Both the position numbers and the translations under genes were made by a program. 45,195 bases of DNA, taken from contig MHEI01000088.1 in NCBI GenBank assembly GCA_001805165.1, positions 1 to 45,195 of the forward strand, in the 5' to 3' direction. The DNA comes from Nitrospirae bacterium RBG_16_43_11 (GTDB lineage Bacteria > Nitrospirota > 9FT-COMBO-42-15 > HDB-SIOI813). Of the stretch, positions 38,188 to 45,195 are shown piece after piece; within the stretch, counting starts at the first letter, position 1; each line of letters opens with the position of its first letter. The notes beneath the pieces are model-generated. The model had not been told where the DNA came from and did no database searches. It saw only the letters and a list, made by a program, of their open reading frames with translations.

Positions 38188-38992
38188 CGCACGTTTTGAA
38201 TTCGGTAAGAATTGGAGTCGTTATCTCTCTGTGCTGAACGATGATCGTATTGCTGCGGCGGAGGATTCGTTGAAAGAGATATTTGATGTTAATACCCTCG
38301 AAGGTAAAACTTTTCTTGATATCGGTTCTGGAAGCGGTCTTTTTTCTCTAGCTGCGATGAGATTAGGGGCAGCAAAGGTTCATTCATTTGATTATGATCC
38401 TGAAAGTGTAGCGTGTACGAAGAAATTAAAGAGAATATATTTTAAAGATGCACATAGTTGGTCTATTGAGGAGGGTTCTGTCCTGGACAGGAATTATCTC
38501 TCAAAATTAGGGGGATGGGATGTTGTTTATTCATATGGTGTGTTACATCACACCGGAGCAATGTGGCAGGCTTTGGAGAACATAGTCCCTCTTGTTAAAA
38601 GAGGGGGGAAGTTATATATAGCGATATACAACAAGCAGCGATTCATGACACCGGTCTGGACAAAGATAAAAAAGTCCTATGTTAAAGGCAACTCTATCAC
38701 GAGGTTTTGGTTACTTGTTATATTTATCAGTTATTTTGTCCTAAGAGGTGTTATAGTTGATATGATCCGGATGCGCAACCCTCTACTTCGGTATAAAGAG
38801 AAGAAGTTCCAGCGAGGGATGAGTATGTTCTACGATTACATAGACTGGATCGGTGGATACCCCTTTGAGACTGCACGGCCTGAAGAAATCTTCGTTTTCT
38901 ACAGGAAGCGTGGTTTTATATTAGAAAAACTTACAACATATTATGGTGGTTTTGGAAACAATGAATATCTTTTTTCCCAAAATGCAGATTAG
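38177..38992 (+). CDS. Class I SAM-dependent methyltransferase
   Basis: RFEFGKNW, FLDIGSGSGLFSLAA, VYSYGVLHHTG, DWIGGYPFE; GTG start. Confidence 0.9.
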   Translation: MESDARFEFGKNWSRYLSVLNDDRIAAAEDSLKEIFDVNTLEGKTFLDIGSGSGLFSLAAMRLGAAKVHSFDYDPESVACTKKLKRIYFKDAHSWSIEEGSVLDRNYLSKLGGWDVVYSYGVLHHTGAMWQALENIVPLVKRGGKLYIAIYNKQRFMTPVWTKIKKSYVKGNSITRFWLLVIFISYFVLRGVIVDMIRMRNPLLRYKEKKFQRGMSMFYDYIDWIGGYPFETARPEEIFVFYRKRGFILEKLTTYYGGFGNNEYLFSQNAD

Positions 38993-39003
38993 GATAATTT
39001 AAT

Positions 39004-40929
39004 ATGTGCAGAATTGCCGGTTTCTGGGATTTCAATTATAAGAATGATTACGATATAAGAAAGACCATGGATGAGATGCGTGATACCATGAGCTATGGCG
39101 GACCAGATGATGCAGGAAGTTATACAGATAAAAACCATCCCCTTGCCTTAGGCCACCGTCGGCTCTCTATCCTTGACCTCTCTCCCCTTGGTCATCAGCC
39201 AATGGGCACTGAAGATGAGAGTTTATGTATAACCTATAATGGTGAGGTTTATAACTTCCGGGAGATAAAGGAGAGACTCGAAAGGAAAGGGTATAAGTTT
39301 AAAAGCAGGAGTGATACAGAAGTTATTTTAAAGGCCTATGAAGAAGACAGAATGGATTGCCTGCTCAACTTCAGGGGCATGTGGGCCTTTGCAATTTGGG
39401 ATAGAAACAGGGAGAAACTTATACTATGCAGAGACAGGGTCGGGATAAAACCCCTGTACTGGTATTATAAAGATGGATTATTCATGTTTACATCAGAACT
39501 TAAGGCCTTTCATAAGCATCCTAAATTCAGAAAGAGTCTGGATTTTAATTCCCTTGCCCTGTACTTACAGCTTGGTTACATAACAGCGCCGTACACAATT
39601 TTTAAAGATACTCATAAACTCCAGCCAGGTTATTACTTGGAGATTGATAACAAGATGAACATAAGACAAACAAAATACTGGGATGTGGAAGATTCCTACA
39701 GAGAAGGTGAATATCTTCAAAATAGTGGATACCGGGATAGGCTATCTGAAAATGAAATAACAGATGAACTTGAGTCTATCCTGACAGAAAGTTGCACGCT
39801 CAGAATGATATCAGATGTCCCGATTGGAATATTTTTGAGTGGCGGGACAGACTCATCAGTTGTAACAGCTTTACTGCAAAGAAGCAGTCCAGAGACGATA
39901 AAGACATTCACAATAGGATTTCATGAAAAGGCTTACAACGAGGCAGGGTGGGCGAAGAAGGTTTCAGACCATTTGAGAACGGATCACACAGAACTTTACT
40001 GCACGGCTGATGAGGTTTCCGGGATAATTCAGAAATTACCTGAAATGTATGACGAACCCTTTGGAGACAGTTCCGCGATACCCACGTATCTGCTATCAAA
40101 GCTGGCAAGAAGTAAGGTTAAAGTTTCCCTCTCCGCAGATGGAGGAGATGAGCTTTTCTGCGGATATACCAAATATAATGTGGTCAACATTGTCCGTAAG
40201 ATTTCAAAAATGCCATTTATGAATACACTGAATAAGGCTTTTGATCTATTATCTCCGGAAATGGCATTTAATATATATAATACGTTTAAACCCTTTTTCC
40301 CGAAATATAATGATTTCAAGGACAAATATAAACTAATCAAAAGCATGCTGAATACAGAGGATGTGATAAAGCAAAATATATTTATGAGCAGTGTCTTTAT
40401 GGATGAAGACCTGAAAGAACTTGGCATACAGAATAGGTATCCCTTTTTAAGTCATTCTGATAAATATGATTGTTTGACATCTATGATGATCTTTGATTCC
40501 ATGACCTATCTGCCGGATGATATCATGGTAAAGGTGGACAGGGCAAGTATGAATGTGGCTCTTGAAGTGAGAGAACCCTTGCTGGATCATAAGATCCTGG
40601 AGTATATGGCAAGGGTCCCAATAACATATAAGTACCGGAATGGTATTGGCAAATATATTCTGAAGAAGATCTTATATAAATATGTCCCAGGAAACTTAGT
40701 GAACAGGCCCAAACAAGGGTTTACTGTACCCATTTATGCGTTGTTTAAGAACGACTTGGAAATACTTTATAAAGAATACCTGAATGAGAAAAGGCTTAAT
40801 AGAGAAGGAATTTTTAATGCAAAGGCCGTTGGGTTCATTTTAAAAGGCTCTATCAGTGATAGGGGAATCAATCATAATAAGCTATGGACACTCCTGATGT
40901 TTGAGATGTGGAAAGAAAAGTGGATATGA
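39004..40929 (+). CDS. asnB: Asparagine synthase (glutamine-hydrolysing)-like amidotransferase
   Basis: N-terminal Cys (MCRIAG), GPDD, GHRRLSILDLS..GHQPM, YNGEVYNF, RDRVGIKPLY, FLSGG.DSS, EPFGDSS, KVDRASM...LE.R.PLLD, KQGF. Confidence 0.92.
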   Translation: MCRIAGFWDFNYKNDYDIRKTMDEMRDTMSYGGPDDAGSYTDKNHPLALGHRRLSILDLSPLGHQPMGTEDESLCITYNGEVYNFREIKERLERKGYKFKSRSDTEVILKAYEEDRMDCLLNFRGMWAFAIWDRNREKLILCRDRVGIKPLYWYYKDGLFMFTSELKAFHKHPKFRKSLDFNSLALYLQLGYITAPYTIFKDTHKLQPGYYLEIDNKMNIRQTKYWDVEDSYREGEYLQNSGYRDRLSENEITDELESILTESCTLRMISDVPIGIFLSGGTDSSVVTALLQRSSPETIKTFTIGFHEKAYNEAGWAKKVSDHLRTDHTELYCTADEVSGIIQKLPEMYDEPFGDSSAIPTYLLSKLARSKVKVSLSADGGDELFCGYTKYNVVNIVRKISKMPFMNTLNKAFDLLSPEMAFNIYNTFKPFFPKYNDFKDKYKLIKSMLNTEDVIKQNIFMSSVFMDEDLKELGIQNRYPFLSHSDKYDCLTSMMIFDSMTYLPDDIMVKVDRASMNVALEVREPLLDHKILEYMARVPITYKYRNGIGKYILKKILYKYVPGNLVNRPKQGFTVPIYALFKNDLEILYKEYLNEKRLNREGIFNAKAVGFILKGSISDRGINHNKLWTLLMFEMWKEKWI

Positions 40930-42173
40930 GGATACTCTTTGCGAATAACTTTCTCTATGAGCGCGGGGGGGCCGAGAAATCCCTGTTTGATACCGCACGT
41001 TTGTTGGAAGAAAATGGGCATAATATCTTTTTTTTCTCCTCCAAATTTAAAGAGAATGTTTCCTATACATATGAAAAATATTTTACGTCTGATATTGACT
41101 ATCAGTCACACTCTATTGTTGATAAGTTAAAATCGTTATCAAAGATTTATTACAATCTTGAGTCTAACAGAAAGGTAAATAAGTTACTCAAAGAAATAGG
41201 GGATATAGATATCGCCCATATGAATAATATTATGTACAGAGTGGGGGTATCAATAGTCAGAACATTTAAAGAAAAGAGTATTCCAGTGGTGTATCACTTA
41301 AGAGATTACAACTTGATGTGCGGTGCGATAAATCTGACGGCTAATGGTGAGATATGTGAGGGGTGCAAAGACTACAACTTTTCAAATGTATTGAAAGAAA
41401 GGTGCAAGGGCGGATTTACAGGGAGCCTTGCTATCTATACATCAATGGTATTTTATCATAAGATTATGGATATCTTTAAAGATGTTGATATATTTATATC
41501 CCCGAGCAATTTTATGAAGACGAAATATCATGAGTTGGGATTTAATAAAAATATCGAAGTGCTTCCAAACTTTATAAACATGGAAGATTTTGAACCATGC
41601 TATAAGGATGATGGTTCTTATGTCTATTTTGGCAGACTTGCACCAGAGAAGGGTATATACACCCTGTTAAACATTTGCAAGAGACTCCCTGCGCATAAAT
41701 TTAAGATCATAGGTGCCGGCCCTCTGGAAGAACATTGTAAAAGTTTTATTACAGAAAACAATCTGACAAATGTCAGATTCCTTGGATATATGAGAGGCAA
41801 AAGACTATATGACGAGATAAAACTGTCCAGAGCCTCGATAGTTCCGAGTGAATGGTATGAAAACAATTCCAAGTCCATAATGGAATCCATGGCACTGGGA
41901 AAGCCTGTTATAGCCTCCCGAATCGGTGGAAACCCTGAATTGGTAACAGAGCGTGAGAATGGATATCTGTTTGAACCCTTTAATGAAGAAGACCTTGTTG
42001 ATAAACTGATGATGGCAGAGAAGGAAAGAGAATGGGAGGATATGGGAAAAAGGGGCCGTGAGATAATTGAAAGGTATTATAATCCACAAATTTATTATGA
42101 AAGATTAATAGGTATTTATGAAAAGATAGCAGGCGGGAAACAGTGTCATCAGATAAGACCCACTTTTTCATAA
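40926..42173 (+). CDS. Glycosyltransferase family 4 (Cys-cluster subfamily)
   Basis: RGGAE, HLRDY.LMC...CEGC...C, YFGRL.PEKG, PSEWYEN....MESMA.GKPVIASRIGG. Confidence 0.9.
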   Translation: MRILFANNFLYERGGAEKSLFDTARLLEENGHNIFFFSSKFKENVSYTYEKYFTSDIDYQSHSIVDKLKSLSKIYYNLESNRKVNKLLKEIGDIDIAHMNNIMYRVGVSIVRTFKEKSIPVVYHLRDYNLMCGAINLTANGEICEGCKDYNFSNVLKERCKGGFTGSLAIYTSMVFYHKIMDIFKDVDIFISPSNFMKTKYHELGFNKNIEVLPNFINMEDFEPCYKDDGSYVYFGRLAPEKGIYTLLNICKRLPAHKFKIIGAGPLEEHCKSFITENNLTNVRFLGYMRGKRLYDEIKLSRASIVPSEWYENNSKSIMESMALGKPVIASRIGGNPELVTERENGYLFEPFNEEDLVDKLMMAEKEREWEDMGKRGREIIERYYNPQIYYERLIGIYEKIAGGKQCHQIRPTFS

Positions 42174-43156
42174 TTGGTGCACAGCGTTCTGGGACGACAC
42201 TATTGCGCCTTTTGCTTAATGCACATTCACAGGTGGCCATCCCGGAGGATGGGACATTCTGGATGCCCTTGATACGGGCTCATCACAGCAATCCCCATAA
42301 GCCTATACGCGGAAGGTTACTAAGCAATCATATTGAATATCTCAGGAAAAATGACCAGGTAAAAAAATGGAAACTTGATATAGATCATCTTCTTGAAGAG
42401 TTCCTTTTCACAGGTGAAGCAACCTTGAAAGAACTGATAGAGTCTTTTTATGTCGAATTTGCAAAAAAGAATAATAAAATATTCTGGGGAGATAAATCAC
42501 CGAGTTTCTTCAGGAAGGTAAAAGAACTGTCAGAAATCTTTCCAACTGCCAAATTCATTCATATCATAAGAGATGGCCGTGACGTCTACCTGAGTATGCG
42601 TGACAGGCTAGCTGGAAGGAGGAATGTTGCCGTCGCTGCCATGGAATGGAAATATAAAATGCATAAAGCGCGTCAATCGTTATCTCAGTTACCATCAGAC
42701 AGGTGGCTTGAAGTAAAATATGAAGATACATTAAAGGCTCCTGAGCCCGGAATTAAAGATATCTGTAATTTTCTCGGGATAGATTATGAAGAAACAATGC
42801 TGGACTTCTGGAAATCAAGTCATAAATTCGTGGATAATTACCATTCAGACCTCATATTTAAGCCGATATCGTTAAGCCCGGTTGAAAAGTGGAAGAAGGA
42901 GATGACGGACGGCGATAATAGGATATTCGAGTATATCGCTGGTGATATGCTCGAAAATTGCAGATATGAAGTTACCAGCATGGGAAGGTTCACCAACTAC
43001 TGCAAGGTCAAGGCTCTTGGGATGCTTTATACTGGGTTGCCGAGGAGGGGTATTCAGGTGTTACATACGGCATTGGTTTTGCAATTATCATCCCTCCTGG
43101 GTCTTAAGACCAGCATGGCCGGAGGTGAAGTCAAACCGGATGGGAAAAGTGCATAG
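42143..43156 (+). CDS. PAPS-dependent sulfotransferase
   Basis: FFIIGAQRSGTTLLR.LLNAH, WGDKSP, FIHIIRDGRDV..S, VKYED. Confidence 0.9.
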   Translation: MSSDKTHFFIIGAQRSGTTLLRLLLNAHSQVAIPEDGTFWMPLIRAHHSNPHKPIRGRLLSNHIEYLRKNDQVKKWKLDIDHLLEEFLFTGEATLKELIESFYVEFAKKNNKIFWGDKSPSFFRKVKELSEIFPTAKFIHIIRDGRDVYLSMRDRLAGRRNVAVAAMEWKYKMHKARQSLSQLPSDRWLEVKYEDTLKAPEPGIKDICNFLGIDYEETMLDFWKSSHKFVDNYHSDLIFKPISLSPVEKWKKEMTDGDNRIFEYIAGDMLENCRYEVTSMGRFTNYCKVKALGMLYTGLPRRGIQVLHTALVLQLSSLLGLKTSMAGGEVKPDGKSA

Positions 43157-43171
43157 TAACTGGAGGGGCCG

Positions 43172-44137
43172 TTGGAGGCATCAGTCATTGTAACTTACAG
43201 GTGTGATGCGAGATGCCACATGTGCAATACATGGAAATATCCAACTGCACTGAGGGAAGAGATCAGACCGGATGTTCTTAATAAACTGCCACGGCTTGCT
43301 TTCTGTAATGTTACAGGCGGTGAGCCATTCCTCAGGGAAGATATAGAAGAGATTGTATCTGTTATCAGGAAAAGGGCAGGGCGGATTGTAATAAGCACGA
43401 ACGGGTTTTCAACTGATAGAATACTCAGTGTCGCTAAACAATTTCCTGATATTGGTTTCAGGATAAGCATCGAGGGCTTACCTGCGGCAAATGATGAGTT
43501 GCGAGGAATAAAAGATGGTTTTGACCACGGATTGCGAAGCCTGCTGGAGCTTCAACGCATGGGGATTAAGGACATCGGGTTCGGCATTACTGTCTCTGAT
43601 AGGAATGCCCGGGACATGATGGAATTATACCAGCTTGCGAAGTCCATGAATCTGGAGTTTGCTACTGCGGCAGTGCATAACTCATATTATTTTCATAAGT
43701 ACGATAATGAAATTAAGGGGAAGGAAACTGCAATTGCCTGCTTTGAGGAACTCATACGGGAGCTGTTGAAATCCGGAAAGGTCAAGGACTGGTTCAGGGC
43801 ATATTTCAATTACGGACTGATAAATTATATCAGGGGCGGGAAGCGGCTTCTCCCTTGCGAGGCAGGTACAGAGAATTTCTTTGTTGACCCATGGGGCGAA
43901 ATAATGCCATGCAATGGTCTTGATAAAAGCATCTGGATGGAGAGTATGGGTAATCTTAATGATAACAGCTTTGAAGATATATGGAACGGTGAAATGGCGA
44001 AGATTATAAGGGATAAGGTCAGGACATGTCCAAAGAATTGCTGGATGATTGGAACTGCATCTCCGGTTATGAAGAAATACATCAGTAAGCCGGTGGGATG
44101 GATAATCAAAAGAAAATTGTTCGGCATCCATGGATGA
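43172..44137 (+). CDS. Radical SAM / SPASM-twitch domain protein
   Basis: CDARCHMC (CX3CX2C), TGGEPF, ISTNG; C-terminal PCEAG...VDPWG..PC...GNL...CPKNC. TTG start after GGAGG. Confidence 0.9.
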   Translation: MEASVIVTYRCDARCHMCNTWKYPTALREEIRPDVLNKLPRLAFCNVTGGEPFLREDIEEIVSVIRKRAGRIVISTNGFSTDRILSVAKQFPDIGFRISIEGLPAANDELRGIKDGFDHGLRSLLELQRMGIKDIGFGITVSDRNARDMMELYQLAKSMNLEFATAAVHNSYYFHKYDNEIKGKETAIACFEELIRELLKSGKVKDWFRAYFNYGLINYIRGGKRLLPCEAGTENFFVDPWGEIMPCNGLDKSIWMESMGNLNDNSFEDIWNGEMAKIIRDKVRTCPKNCWMIGTASPVMKKYISKPVGWIIKRKLFGIHG

Positions 44138-45195
44138 AATCAGAGTTGCCATACTTGGTACAAAAGGTTTTCCTGATGTCCAGGGCGGCATTGAGATGCA
44201 CTGCCAGGAGTTGTACCGCAGGCTTGCATCAATGGGGTGCAGGATACGTGTTTATGCAAGAAAAGGATACGTAAAACCGGAGACGATTGTTTTTAATGGT
44301 GTTGAGATATTTCCAATCTGGACCCCCAGGAGAAAAAATATAGAGGCTATTGTGCATACCTTTTTGGGTGCTCTGCATATCGGCCTTCACAAAAGGAGTT
44401 TTGATTTAGTTCACATACATGCAGTTGGGCCGTCGCTGTTGACACCGGTTCTAAGGTTGTTTGGTCTGAAAGTTATTGTCACCAATCACGGACCGGATTA
44501 TGACAGGCAAAAGTGGGGATATTTTGCAAAGATGATATTGCGTCTTGGTGAGTTGATTGGTACCCGTTATGCAACGGCTGTTATTGCGGTTTCGCGACAT
44601 ATTAAAAAAACACTCGAGGAGAAATATGGCAGGGATGTTTTTTATATTCCTAATGGGGTAACGATGCATGATAAATCAGCGCCTGGCGTTGTTATGCGGA
44701 AGTATGATTTGCAAGAAAGGAAATATATCCTTGCTGTTGGAAGGATTGTAAGAGAGAAGGGTTTTCATGACATTATTTCTGCCTTTTCAGATATTGACAC
44801 TGACTTGAAGCTTGTAATAGCAGGCGGCGCTGACCATGAGGACAATTACACCAGGGAGTTAAAGGAAAGGGCAAACAGAGACAGGCGTATTGTGATGACA
44901 GGTGTAATGAGTTCGGAAGCCCTGTCAGAACTATACTCCAATGCAGCACTATTTGTGTCATCATCATATATCGAGGGTCTGCCTATTACTGTTCTTGAGG
45001 CCATGAGCTTCGGACTTCCTGTTCTTATCAGCAGGATACCAGCCCATATGGAGTTAATAGATGACGAAAGCCTTGCATTTAATCCCGGGGACATGGAATT
45101 GCTCAGGGATAAACTCCGGGAATTCAGTAATATGCTTCCCGTAACGGGGGGGAGGGCCTCCAGTATTGAATTTGTTCAGAATGAGTTCGACTGGG
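44130..45195 (+). CDS. Glycosyltransferase family 4, runs off the window end; not in the ORF track
   Basis: Hand translation MDEIRVAILGTKGFPDVQGGIEMHCQELY..., then HGPDYDRQKW, IPNGV, VGRIVREKG, EGLPITVLEAMS, ending ..NEFDW at the window edge. Confidence 0.9.
   Translation, partial: MDEIRVAILGTKGFPDVQGGIEMHCQELYRRLASMGCRIRVYARKGYVKPETIVFNGVEIFPIWTPRRKNIEAIVHTFLGALHIGLHKRSFDLVHIHAVGPSLLTPVLRLFGLKVIVTNHGPDYDRQKWGYFAKMILRLGELIGTRYATAVIAVSRHIKKTLEEKYGRDVFYIPNGVTMHDKSAPGVVMRKYDLQERKYILAVGRIVREKGFHDIISAFSDIDTDLKLVIAGGADHEDNYTRELKERANRDRRIVMTGVMSSEALSELYSNAALFVSSSYIEGLPITVLEAMSFGLPVLISRIPAHMELIDDESLAFNPGDMELLRDKLREFSNMLPVTGGRASSIEFVQNEFDW

Noticed and set aside
39004..40929. Housekeeping asparagine biosynthesis role for asnB
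   Set aside because: Its position inside a Wzx/Wzy cluster favours a glycan amidotransferase; the symbol denotes the family only.
1702..45094. Numerous short antisense or alternate-frame ORFs in the track (e.g. 2292-2693, 5573-6148, 29093-29461, 43682-44191, 44846-45094)
   Set aside because: They lie within well-supported genes and have no recognisable motifs; treated as shadow ORFs.
24886..45195. PEP-CTERM/exosortase system
   Set aside because: The EPS genes and sigma-54 sites are reminiscent, but no exosortase, PrsK/PrsR or PEP-CTERM tail is visible in the window.

Overview
Gene-dense bacterial (diderm) cell-surface glycan locus with no rRNA, tRNA, CRISPR array or transposase that I could recognise. 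Four blocks. (1) 1-1166 (+): two apparently internally deleted genes, a GT2 and an SGNH-like protein. (2) 1163-9667 (-): gmd, GT2, GT4, a cupin and a perosamine-synthase-like aminotransferase, followed by a DUF5989(SxtK-like) / SxtJ-like / NodU-CmcH carbamoyltransferase / SGNH module; the 50-aa DUF5989 gene is missing from the ORF track. (3) 9748-21458: an extracytoplasmic, polyprenyl-phosphate-sugar-dependent glycosylation block with four DPM-like GT2s, DUF2304, two GT-C enzymes (one with a TPR-like tail), a UPF0104 flippase-like protein, a GT4 and an unusual UDP-GlcNAc 2-epimerase::methyltransferase fusion. (4) 21590-45195 (+): an 18-repeat NHL lipoprotein and a Wzx/Wzy exopolysaccharide cluster, each preceded by a near-identical sigma-54-type promoter. 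The cluster encodes an OM beta-barrel, a 14-aa-repeat secreted protein, a FecR-domain protein, a short OPX/Wza, Wzc, a CpsB phosphatase, an O-antigen-ligase-like protein plus TPR protein, Wzx, Wzy, two sulfotransferases, a Tat-type putative hydrolase, a methyltransferase, an AsnB-like amidotransferase, a radical SAM enzyme and GT4s. All functional calls come from motif recognition in the translated sequence; no database searches were run.
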